Assembly (NCBI GenBank): GCA_036501235.1
Contig: DASYAR010000143.1
Coordinates: 1 to 50,967 of the forward strand
Reading direction: 5' to 3'
Length of the DNA stretch: 50,967 bases
From: Planctomycetaceae bacterium
GTDB taxonomy: Bacteria > Planctomycetota > Planctomycetia > Planctomycetales > Planctomycetaceae
The notes under the pieces were generated by a model. That model ran no database searches and was not told the origin of the DNA. It saw only the letters and a list, made by a program, of their open reading frames with translations. Positions 1-9,200 of the stretch are shown here, piece after piece. Within the stretch, counting starts at the first letter, position 1; every line of letters starts with the position of its first letter. The position numbers were made by a program, and so were the translations under genes.

Positions 1-101
1 GAATGCCATTATATCCCGTACGATCGGTGTAGTGAAATATTAATGGCACACAAGGCCCTCAATTTGCAAAACGTGCGCAAAGTTACCTTCTTCGCGACAA
101 A

Positions 102-1241
102 TTATTTCGGGACTACCACCCAGCTTTTATTCGAGCGGATCGTGTCGATCGCTTCCTGGTAGATCCAGCCGTCGTGGAACGTCAGGTAGCGCGGGTGGGG
201 CCGGCCCTGGATGTCGGCGACGAATTCGCGGGCAAGCTGGTTCCAATTGCGCTGCGTGTGATCGGTTTCGTCGGGGAGGGCATCGCGAATCTCCAACGGA
301 ATTGCCAACTCTTCCCACGTCGGCCCGTCGGTCTTCAGATACATCGGCCCCTGCATGTACGTGCCGTCAACGTGCAGCGTTCCTTTCGTTCCGTACAAGG
401 CCATGTAATCGCCGTATCGCCCCAGTCGCAGGGCCGAGTGTCGGAAGGTCACCGACACGGCTTCGTCGAGCCCTTTCGCCGGGTCCCCGATCCGCACCAG
501 CGCCGTGTACGACCAGTCGCTGTTGACGTCGGCCCATCTGAACTTGGCGGCTTGATCGGGAGACATCGCCTGCTTTGCGAAATCGCGAAAGTCGTGAACT
601 TCTTGCCCGATGGGGACTCGTTTCAGGTCGTTGCGGCTTTCCCCCATCACGGCCAAAATCTCTCCCTGCAAAATGTTCTGCGCAATCGCCAGCTTGTGTG
701 GAAAATTGTTGTTGAGCCGGCCGCCCCCTGTTTCCAGGCGGTGCGGCCAACCGAACGGCATGAGCGGTGGCCAGTTGAAATGGGAGACCCCCTCGATCTC
801 GACGACCTGGCCCAGAAACCCTTCCTGCACCAGCAGCCGCGCGTACAGGGCCTGTGGCTGATACCAATAGCTGGCGGCGTAAGCCGTTTTCATGCCGCGA
901 GACTTTGCCAGCTCGTGCAATGTGCGGGCATCGGCCGCCGTCGTGGCGAGGGGCTTGTCGGCCAGGACGTGGCAGCCCGCTTCGAGCGCCGCCGAGATCA
1001 TCTCCAGGTGCGTCCCTCCTGGAGTCCCCACGGCGACGATATCGGGTTTGATCTCCGCCAGCAGGCCGCGCCAATCGGCGCTGTATCTGGGAATCTGCAA
1101 CGACGCGGCGATGTTAGCGCCGACCTCTGCCGTGCGGCTGGCCATCCCGGCAATCTCGACTCCCGCCAGCCGCAGCGCCAGAGCATGTCCCTGACCGGCG
1201 TAGCCGGCGCCGAGAATCAGTGCGCGAAGCGAATGGGGCAT
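102..1241 (-). CDS. Gfo/Idh/MocA family NAD(P)-dependent oxidoreductase
   Basis: 379-aa ORF. N-terminal Rossmann-like ILGAGYAGQGH and the EAGCHVLADKPLA segment are typical of this fold. The long opposite-strand ORF 174..1262 is a GC shadow. Family recalled from motifs, not searched. Confidence 0.8.
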   Translation of the reverse strand: MPHSLRALILGAGYAGQGHALALRLAGVEIAGMASRTAEVGANIAASLQIPRYSADWRGLLAEIKPDIVAVGTPGGTHLEMISAALEAGCHVLADKPLATTAADARTLHELAKSRGMKTAYAASYWYQPQALYARLLVQEGFLGQVVEIEGVSHFNWPPLMPFGWPHRLETGGGRLNNNFPHKLAIAQNILQGEILAVMGESRNDLKRVPIGQEVHDFRDFAKQAMSPDQAAKFRWADVNSDWSYTALVRIGDPAKGLDEAVSVTFRHSALRLGRYGDYMALYGTKGTLHVDGTYMQGPMYLKTDGPTWEELAIPLEIRDALPDETDHTQRNWNQLAREFVADIQGRPHPRYLTFHDGWIYQEAIDTIRSNKSWVVVPK

Positions 1242-1450
1242 CGTAGGGTCCAGGAGGATTGAACTTCGAAGATCGAAGAGGGAGGATAGAGCATTGACGC
1301 ACGAAAATCGAGGATTCGCATCGAACTCCGTTTAGCGGCGACGCGGAGCGGAGCATTTCATCGACGTTCGTGTCGGGATAGAATCCGAGACATCGACGCT
1401 CGAAGTCATTCTGAGTGCTGCGATCGATTTGTCACGAGACGAAAAGGGAA

Positions 1451-1521
1451 GCCGCGGATAAACGCGGATGGGCGAGTTCACCTTTTCTTTTTTATCCGCG
1501 CGTATCCGCGTCATCCGCGGT
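1451..1521. repeat. ATCCGCG-family repeat, inverted pair (family R2)
   Basis: gccgcggataaacgcggatgggcg (1451..1474) is the inverted partner of tatccgcgcgtatccgcgtcatccgcggt (1493..1521). Sits in the divergent oxidoreductase/sulfatase intergenic region. Confidence 0.7.
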
Positions 1522-1550
1522 CCAACTTTTTCTTTTTTCGCGAGGCCCTG

Positions 1551-2996
1551 ATGCTGCGAGGTGGAATTGTCGTTCTGGTCTTTCTTATTCTCTGTGGAAT
1601 TGATGGCATCGCGCGGGCGGAGTTGCCCAATGTCGTCATCATCCTGGCCGACGACCTGGGCTACGGCGATCTCGGCTGCTACGGAGCGAAGCACACAGTC
1701 ACCCCGCATCTCGATCAACTCGCGAGTGAAGGGATGCGGTTCACCGATGCACATTCTCCTTCGGCCGTCTGCACGCCGACGCGGTACGGCCTTCTCACCG
1801 GTCGTTACGCCTGGCGGACGAAGCTCAAGCGGGGGACCCTGGTCGGCGATTCACCCGCCCTCATTGAAGCAGGACGGCTGACGCTGGCTGGCCTGCTCAA
1901 AGACAAGGGATACACGACAGCCGCGATCGGCAAATGGCATTTGGGCCTGGGGCATGACGCAAAAACCGATTTCGCGAAAGCCCTGCGGCCCGGACCACTC
2001 GACGTCGGTTTCGATTCGTTCTTCGGCATCCCCGCCTCGCTCGATATGGTGCCTTACGTCCATGTCGAGAACGATCGAGTGCTGGCGCTGCCGACGACCC
2101 AGTCCGAGAAAAGCCCCAAGCCCAATTACTTCGACGGCGTCTTCTGGCGCGAGGGGCCGGCTGCCCCCGGCTTTCGCCATCGCGACGTCCTTCCAGCATT
2201 GACCCGGCGGGCCGAGCAATTCATTCAAGCGCAGTCGGCAGAGCGTCCGTTCTTTCTGTATTTCGCGCTCACGTCGCCGCACACGCCGTGGGTTCCCACC
2301 GACGATTTCCAGGGACGCACCATGCTGGGAGAATATGGCGATTTCGTGGCGCAGACCGACGCGGCCGTGGGTCGCGTACTGGCGGCACTCGAATCCCGCA
2401 AGCTGCACGATAACACCCTCATCATTTTCACCAGCGATAACGGAGCGATTCCCCTGCCGGCCCGGTTCGCAGCCAGCGGACACAAACCGAACGGCCCCTG
2501 GCGCGGTCAAAAAGCCGATTGCTGGGAGGCGGGGCATCGTGTGCCTTATCTTGTGCGCTGGCCCGGTCACACTCCGGCGGGCTCTACGTGCGCAGAAACG
2601 ATCTGCCATACCGACTTCCTGGCAACCATCGCCGCGCTCGTCGGCCGGAAATTGCCGGACGACGCAGGAGAAGACAGCTTCAACATTCTGCCGCTGTTCC
2701 TGGGCCGACAAATCGAGCGCCCGATCCGCGAAGCGATTGTCCATCACAGCGGCGACGGTGTGTTTGCAATCCGCCAGGGCAAGTGGAAGGCGATCTTTCA
2801 TCTCGGGTCCGGCGGCTTTTCACAGCCGAAGACGGAACAACCGGTTCCCGGCGGTCCGACGGGGCAGCTTTACGACCTGGGCGCCGATCCTGGCGAAACG
2901 CGGAACCTGTGGCTGGAGTCGCCCGACATGGTCGCCAAATTGACGGCACTCCTGGATCGCTTCCAACAGGAGGGCCGCAGCCGCCCAAGGGAATAA
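1551..2996 (+). CDS. Type I (formylglycine-dependent) arylsulfatase, secreted
   Basis: 481-aa ORF with a hydrophobic signal-like N-terminus. Has the metal-binding LADDLGYGDLGCYG segment and the C-x-P-x-R active-site signature in SAVCTPTRYGLLTGRY. Confidence 0.9.
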   Translation: MLRGGIVVLVFLILCGIDGIARAELPNVVIILADDLGYGDLGCYGAKHTVTPHLDQLASEGMRFTDAHSPSAVCTPTRYGLLTGRYAWRTKLKRGTLVGDSPALIEAGRLTLAGLLKDKGYTTAAIGKWHLGLGHDAKTDFAKALRPGPLDVGFDSFFGIPASLDMVPYVHVENDRVLALPTTQSEKSPKPNYFDGVFWREGPAAPGFRHRDVLPALTRRAEQFIQAQSAERPFFLYFALTSPHTPWVPTDDFQGRTMLGEYGDFVAQTDAAVGRVLAALESRKLHDNTLIIFTSDNGAIPLPARFAASGHKPNGPWRGQKADCWEAGHRVPYLVRWPGHTPAGSTCAETICHTDFLATIAALVGRKLPDDAGEDSFNILPLFLGRQIERPIREAIVHHSGDGVFAIRQGKWKAIFHLGSGGFSQPKTEQPVPGGPTGQLYDLGADPGETRNLWLESPDMVAKLTALLDRFQQEGRSRPRE

Positions 2997-3026
2997 CGTG
3001 ACCTGCGTCAGACATTTGAACGAGAA

Positions 3027-3276
3027 GTGTGGCAGGGTCAGAGCGTCAAACCAGGGCGGACATCGAGCGCATCAGAATCATCCGGTGCTCGTGTTGTCGT
3101 CGTTCACAGCACACACCAGCGATGGCCCTGACCGCATGACCTAGACGCTTTCCTCTTGCTCGCAGTCCAACTCGTCGGGGCCATCGCTGGATTACCGGTT
3201 CCGGCGGTATCATGACACGTGCGACGCGTTCTGAGCTGCACCACGGCATTTCATTCACGCTCTGACCCCGCCACAC
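3027..3276. repeat. 250-nt element bounded by 20-bp inverted repeats with a nested 13-bp inverted repeat
   Basis: gtgtggcagggtcagagcgt (3027..3046) versus acgctctgaccccgccacac (3257..3276), 19/20 complementary. The inner pair is ccagcgatggccc (3116..3128) and gggccatcgctgg (3178..3190), perfect and symmetrically placed. Confidence 0.65.
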
Positions 3277-3394
3277 ACGTCCGCACACACTTCTACAGGC
3301 GGCTCGGCCGCGATCACATTCGAGTCTCGGATTTATGGGCTGGCACGCGTTGTAGCAGGCGACGGCGCAAGGCTGTCAGGTTGGAAAACCTGAC

Positions 3395-4615
3395 CTACTT
3401 CAGGCAGTCGAAGGGTGCGAACGATCGACCCAGAATCGCGATCGGATCGACCGCCAGCCAGTTCTGGAGGATTGCGGCGTAGATCTCGCGGAAGTCGACC
3501 TGCATTTTGAGGTCGCCCATATCCAGTTCGGCCAGCGACGGATGCCCGTTGAGAACGCCGCCGCGCACGGGGGTTCCCGCCAGGAGGACGGGGCCTGCCG
3601 CGCCGTGATCGGTGCCGGCGGACGCATTTTCCTCCACGCGCCGGCCGAACTCGCTGAACGCCAGCACGACGATTCGCTCGTCGAGTTTGGCGGCCTGCAT
3701 GTCGCTCAGAAACGCCTTGAGTGCCGTGGTGAATTCTCGCAACAGTTGGCCGTGCGGGAAGCCTTGGGCGGAATGCGTGTCGTAGCCCGATTGCGACGCA
3801 TAAAAGAGGCGCGTGCCGCCTCCCAGTTTCAACAGCTTGGAGATCAGCCGCAGCTTCTGTCCGAGTTTCGAGGTTGGATAACCGTCGTTCGCGCCGGCCT
3901 GCGCCGACGGCGAGTCGCTGAATTGCCTCGCCGCGGTGTATGACTGGTCGACCGATCGCTGAACGAACGCCGCCAGATCGTTCGCTGCGTCGGTCGGCAC
4001 ATTCTTCGGCCCCGCGTTCGAGTTGACGGCGGAGGCCAGCCTGAGGTCGTTTTCGTTCTCGAGCGACAGGGCCTGCGAGCGCCGCCCGCGGAGAGCGACG
4101 GACGGGGCTTCGGCCCCGACATAAACCGAGCCGGACGAAGCGACGTCGGGCTTCGACCATGTATCGGCCGTTCTGCCGAGCCAGCCGATGCCGTCGTGAT
4201 CGTCGCTGGCAAGGCGGCCGTGATGCCAAATCGCCATGCTCTCGAAGTGCGACCGGTTCGGGTTGGGATAACCGACTCCCTGCACGACCGCCAGCCGTCC
4301 CGCCTCAAACAGTTCCGCCGCCGGCTTCATTTGCGGATGCAATCCGACGGCCGCGTCGAGCTTCAGGACTTGCCGTGATTCGATCCGCAGCTCTTTGCGA
4401 TGCCTGGCGTACAGTTCATCGGCAAACGGCACGACCGTATTGAGGCCGTCGTTGCCACCGTCGAGCTGGATTACCACCAGCGTACGGTCGTCAGGCCTGG
4501 CGTCGGCCGCCCGGACCGACCGCGCCAGAAACGCCGGGACGAATGGGGACAGCGAGATGAGAACGGATTGTTTGAGGAACTGACGTCGCTGGAGATCAGT
4601 GATAAAGGTGTGCAT
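3395..4615 (-). CDS. DUF1501 domain protein (sulfatase/alkaline-phosphatase-like), Tat signal
   Basis: 406-aa ORF with the twin-arginine motif RRQFLK near the N-terminus. VVIQLDGGNDGLN and C-terminal GTDHG segments recalled as DUF1501. Lies downstream of a DUF1800 gene, the usual pairing. Confidence 0.8.
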   Translation of the reverse strand: MHTFITDLQRRQFLKQSVLISLSPFVPAFLARSVRAADARPDDRTLVVIQLDGGNDGLNTVVPFADELYARHRKELRIESRQVLKLDAAVGLHPQMKPAAELFEAGRLAVVQGVGYPNPNRSHFESMAIWHHGRLASDDHDGIGWLGRTADTWSKPDVASSGSVYVGAEAPSVALRGRRSQALSLENENDLRLASAVNSNAGPKNVPTDAANDLAAFVQRSVDQSYTAARQFSDSPSAQAGANDGYPTSKLGQKLRLISKLLKLGGGTRLFYASQSGYDTHSAQGFPHGQLLREFTTALKAFLSDMQAAKLDERIVVLAFSEFGRRVEENASAGTDHGAAGPVLLAGTPVRGGVLNGHPSLAELDMGDLKMQVDFREIYAAILQNWLAVDPIAILGRSFAPFDCLK

Positions 4616-4689
4616 GTCGAATGTTCCTGAATCGTGTGGCGGGTAGTCGTCTATTTTCCGTAGTGTGGACTTCAGTCCACACGAATGTC

Positions 4690-4745
4690 GACCCCGTATG
4701 GGGTCCTAGCTATTAGCCGGGGGTTGAGCGCAGCGACACCCCCGG
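4690..4745 (-). repeat. Composite double-hairpin repeat (family R1), inverted orientation
   Basis: gaccccgtatggggtc...ttagccgggggttgagcgcagcgacacccccgg. Its reverse complement aligns with 4770..4826 and 42816..42872. Confidence 0.75.
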
Positions 4746-4769
4746 AACCACTTCTACTATGATCGACGA

Positions 4770-4826
4770 CCGGGGGTGGCCGCTGCGCGGCAACCCCCGG
4801 CTAATGTCTTGCACCCCTTCGGGGTG
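4770..4826 (+). repeat. Composite double-hairpin repeat (family R1)
   Basis: ccgggggtggccgctgcgcggcaacccccggctaatgtcttgcaccccttcggggtg. Hairpin 1 is CCGGGGGT/ACCCCCGG and hairpin 2 is CACCCC-ttcg-GGGGTG. Confidence 0.75.
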
Positions 4827-4835
4827 TGTTGCCGG

Positions 4836-4866
4836 CATTCGCGTTCATTGGCGTCCATTCGCGGCT
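4836..4866 (+). repeat. ATCCGCG-family repeat, diverged copy (family R2)
   Basis: cattcgcgttcattggcgtccattcgcggct aligns with 1493..1521 and 18794..18824. All three have three ~10-nt ATYCGCG units ending in CGCGGCT. Confidence 0.6.
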
Positions 4867-4875
4867 CCCTCTTCT

Positions 4876-6234
4876 TCAATGCAAATGTGCCTGCGGACAA
4901 GTCAATAACGCCAGCAGCGACCTGCTGAGCGGCGATTGGTCCTCCTGCGCGGGCCGCTCGGTTGGCGGCACGTTGTCGAGCACGCGGCCGTACAACAATC
5001 GTGACAGAAAATTTGCGGCATCCGCGACCGACTTCGCCCCGACGTGCCGGGCAGTGAGCTGGTCGAGATCGGGGGGACGTGCCGGGTTGTTCAACTCCCC
5101 CGCCACGAGCGCCGCCATGCAGTTCGATCGCGCGAGAATGGCCCGTGTCGAGAGCCAGGCGCGGCCACCCGGCCAGCCGCCGACATTGGGGGGATAGAAC
5201 AAGTCCTGCTCCATCCGGCGGAGCCACTCGGCCAACACGATCGTGCTGGGGGGATCGCGCCAGCATTCCAGCGCCCGCAGCGGACCGACGACGAACGACA
5301 CAGGATCGCACACCCGGCTCGCCAGGTTGGGCCTCGAGAAGAATAATTCCGAGCGCAGAATCGTCTCGACTCCCCAGCGCATGTCGAGCTCGTGCCGGCG
5401 CAGGCCGTCAGCCAGTTCGTCGAGCGCCGGCTTGTCGGCCACACGTTCGCCGCAGAATTCGGCACAGAGCCGCCAGGCCAGCCGCTGCGAAGTCGCCGGT
5501 TGTGCCAGCAAAATCTGCACCAGCTCAGATCCATTCCAGTTGCCGGTGCGGCCAAGGATCGACTTTTCGGAATCGTCGTGCGCCGCTGGCTGTTCGAAGA
5601 ATTCTCCCTGACGAACCGTCCAGCCGGAGAGCGCGCGGGCCGCCTGTTGGACGTCAGCCTCCGCATAATGACCAATGCCGAGCGTGAACAACTCCATCAG
5701 CTCGCGAGCCAGATTTTCATTGGGGTGCTCTTTGCGATTGGCCGGCGCATCGAGCCACTTGAGAAGCGCCGGATCGCGGATCATCGCCGCGAGCAGTTCG
5801 CCGAACCGCGATAGGGCGTGCTGCCTGAGCAGCTCGTTCTGGCGCTTCATGAGCCGCAGGTCGTCGACCTTCAGGTTGCTGGTGGCAAAGTGATTGTGCC
5901 ACATCAGCGTCAGGCGCTCCTGGAGCGGATGGGGCGAAAACAGGCAGCGATACAGCCACCACGCCTTGAGCCGCTCGGCACTCCCCGAATCGACCGCCGC
6001 CTGGCCGATGATCGCGGCGAGCGATTCGAACCCTTCCGGCACCCCTTCGAGCCGCGCCTGCCCATCAATGAGCCGGGTCACGGCGGCTTCCGGCCCGTCG
6101 CGCAGATCGCGCTCGATTTCGCCCCATGTGGCGGCGAACGCGGCCCGGCGATGCAGGTGCACGACCCGCTCGATATTCCAGGGGGCCGCGTCAGTCGGTT
6201 TGTAGGGGGACCAATAAGACATGGCACAAATCAA
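4876..6234 (-). CDS. DUF1800 family protein
   Basis: 452-aa ORF containing WHNHFATSN, recalled as the hallmark DUF1800 motif. An alternative in-frame ATG lies at 6222 (MSYW...). Confidence 0.75.
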   Translation of the reverse strand: MICAMSYWSPYKPTDAAPWNIERVVHLHRRAAFAATWGEIERDLRDGPEAAVTRLIDGQARLEGVPEGFESLAAIIGQAAVDSGSAERLKAWWLYRCLFSPHPLQERLTLMWHNHFATSNLKVDDLRLMKRQNELLRQHALSRFGELLAAMIRDPALLKWLDAPANRKEHPNENLARELMELFTLGIGHYAEADVQQAARALSGWTVRQGEFFEQPAAHDDSEKSILGRTGNWNGSELVQILLAQPATSQRLAWRLCAEFCGERVADKPALDELADGLRRHELDMRWGVETILRSELFFSRPNLASRVCDPVSFVVGPLRALECWRDPPSTIVLAEWLRRMEQDLFYPPNVGGWPGGRAWLSTRAILARSNCMAALVAGELNNPARPPDLDQLTARHVGAKSVADAANFLSRLLYGRVLDNVPPTERPAQEDQSPLSRSLLALLTCPQAHLH

Positions 6235-6295
6235 TTATTACGAGCTACGAGATTTGAGCCGCGTTTATTCGCGGCTGCCCGCTACTCTGAGGGGT

Positions 6296-9200
6296 TTATT
6301 CATCCTTCTGGGGCGCCACGATGATCTTCCCCAAATCCAGCGTCTTCCCCGATTCGGCCACGAACTCTTTCCGCACGACGACCTTTCCGTCATTATGGGT
6401 CACGATGCGGTAGCGTCCGCCGGGAATCAGTGCGGGAAAAGTTATGCGGCCTTCGGCATCGCTCTTAGGGCCTTCCCGATAATTCGTGCGGTCGATATTG
6501 ACGACGTATTCCGCGTCGGCCGCCAATGCGACGAGGCGCATGGCCGACGAGCCGAATCGGTGCGGGCCTGGCGCGACGACAAATTCGAAATCAGGCTGCA
6601 CATCGGGAATCGGCTTGCCGAGAGAATCTGCAAACGTCGCGACAGCCTCGCCGCAGGGTTCGAGCACGACGGTCGGCGATTGATCGCCCGCCTTGAAAAC
6701 CACCGTCGCTCCGAGACGATTCTTGGGATCCAGGAAGTGCACCGGATATTCGCGGCTTTCCCCCAATCCGGACAGTTCGAATCGCCCACCCAGCGCCTCA
6801 ATGGGAAAGCCACGCCAGGTCAGCTCCGAGGAATGGATGTTGAGCCGCGAGATGAGCAGCGCCTTCTCGACCGGCTCATCGGCAGAATTGGTAATTCGAC
6901 CAGAAATCGTGACGCCGCGGTGCAATGTGAGCGTCAGGTCGAGTGGATCTGAGTTTGGCTTGGGGTTGATGCGCTGCATGGCATGCGCGTAATTCCGTTC
7001 GCCCCCCGGCAGACCGCGCTCCAGTTGCCGCGATCCAAATTCGTGGGATACGAATTGCTTGCCGGGGCCGTTTGCCAGCAGCGTTCCCGGTCCCGGCAAC
7101 ACGGCGATCTCGAACGCGCCGTCCATTCCCGAGAGTTGAATCCCCTGCCAGCCCGTGACGATGTCATCAGCGACGTTGGGGTTGTTCCTGGTCTCGGGCA
7201 CATATTGAACTGCCACGCCGGCAATTGGATTTGTCGTTCCGGATTCCACAACACGACCCCGAACGAGAACGCCGCGAGGCAATGAGACATCGACCTGCTT
7301 CACCAGGGCGCCGTCTCTGTGCCTGATGTCGCGAATCTCCCGAATCAGATAGGGAACGCCGTCGGGTGGGTAGGCCGTGATCCCAAATCGGACACCTGGG
7401 AGCGGGTTAATTCGATACCGGCCTCGGGCGTCCGCCTTCCCGGCCAACGAAATCATGGAACCGCCGAACTGCTGCTGGCTGGCCCAGATCGTCAGCCGGG
7501 CGTGAGGCGCCGGCTCACCGGTGTCTTCGAATCGCACAACCCCCTCGAAAAGCTGGGCCGGCGCCAGAGGCAGCACTGCCTCTTCACCCGGTTTGAAATT
7601 TCTGACAAGCGAGCGATAAGTCCCGTCATTTGTCGAGCGTTCTTCCGAAAAACCGGTGTTGATCGAAATCCACTGGGGAGCAATCCGATCGGTTCCTTCG
7701 ACGTCGAGATAGACGCCGTGATCGGCTGGGATGCCACGGATCTCGAACGCGCCCTGCGGATCGGCGGTCACGAGCGGAGGCCATGCCTGCGGAGGTTTTT
7801 CGAGTTTTTGATAACCCACGCTTTCAGCAGCTTCACTGCGAGCTTCCGCCGCCGACCGCGAAATGACGGAACCGATCGACACTCGCACGCCTCCGGCCGG
7901 TTGTCCTTCGATGTCGATAAAGCGGGCGCGGATCACCTGCTCAGCCGGTAACTCCAGCGCCACGTCGACGTCGTGCGCGTCCGGATCAAGTCGCCGCCAC
8001 GCCAGCCCAGAGCCTTCGCTCCTGGCAATGATGTGCGCTCGCGAATACGCCTTGGATGAAACATCTGCGAGTTTGATTTCGAAACGGCCGCCGTCATGGG
8101 TCGTCACTTCCGCCAACACATGGCTCCTCGAGCTCAGATCGCCACCCCGTTCCGGCTGGATTCTCGAACCGATGATCGCGACGTTCGCCTTCACGGCCGG
8201 CTTGCCGTCGGGACCGATGATGTGGCCGTGGATAGCCGTGATGGTGCCTTCCGAGTTCGCGGTGGATTTGGATTTGTCCGCCGCAGGAGACGGAGGACTC
8301 GGCCCAGCCGACCCTCTCGCGGCTACCGCGGAGCCGCGCCCGTCAGGAAGCGGTGTGGGGCGATCGCTTCTTGCCTGGCGCGGCTCTGGGGGTGATGCAG
8401 CTTTGTCTGAGCGCGGTGTCTCGGTACCCTTATCGGCAGCCCTCTGCGGCGATTGTAAGATCGTGGGGGCCGCTGGCGGACGGGTGCCGGGGTCGGCCGT
8501 GCCGGGGTTGCCTGTGGTCAGACGCACATCGCCCAAATCTTTAGTTTCGCCCGGTTCGACGTCGAATGGTCCGGAACGATACTGCTCAAACGGCGTGGCG
8601 ACACGCTCGACGATCCCTTCAAACAACAGGAGGTACTCGCAGCCGAGAAGCAGGCCGTCAAACCGGAACCGCCCTTCTTTGTCGAGATCGCACTTTCCCA
8701 GTTGCCTGCGGGTGCCATCCAGCCCATCCAGACGGGCCATCAGTACTAATTTTCCACCAGTCTTGGGGTCCACTGCCGGGGCCACAATTCGGCCGGTGAC
8801 AGTCGAGCACGGTTCGAGTGTGATCTTCATCTCGCGTGGTCCGTCGGGCTGGAATTCCACCGTTGCGACTTTGCCGAGCTGTTTTTCGACATGGTGAATC
8901 AGAAGAATGCGCTTGTCTCCGGGACCCATCGTGGGGACGTCAAATGACGATCCCTGGGTGCGCGTCGGTTCGTCAGCGGGCAGCCGCCGATTTCCGCGCA
9001 CGCTGAAACCTGAAAGCGGCTGGCCTTCCCGGTCGACGACTGACACGCGTAGCGACTCGCCGGGATCCAATTCGACATCGCAGGTGAATGATTCTGCGGA
9101 CTCCGGAACATTGATTTCCTTCAGACTGTGATACATGCGCATGCTGCCCGGCTGCGCTCGCCACACCGTCTGGGGCAACATGCCCGCCGGGCCCATTCGT

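Noticed and set aside
3375-3394. Hairpin GTCAGGTT-ggaa-AACCTGAC directly after the DUF1501 stop as an intrinsic terminator.
   Set aside because: The stem is real (8 bp), but no U-tract follows on the transcribed (minus) strand. It is mentioned only as a possible stabilising 3' hairpin.
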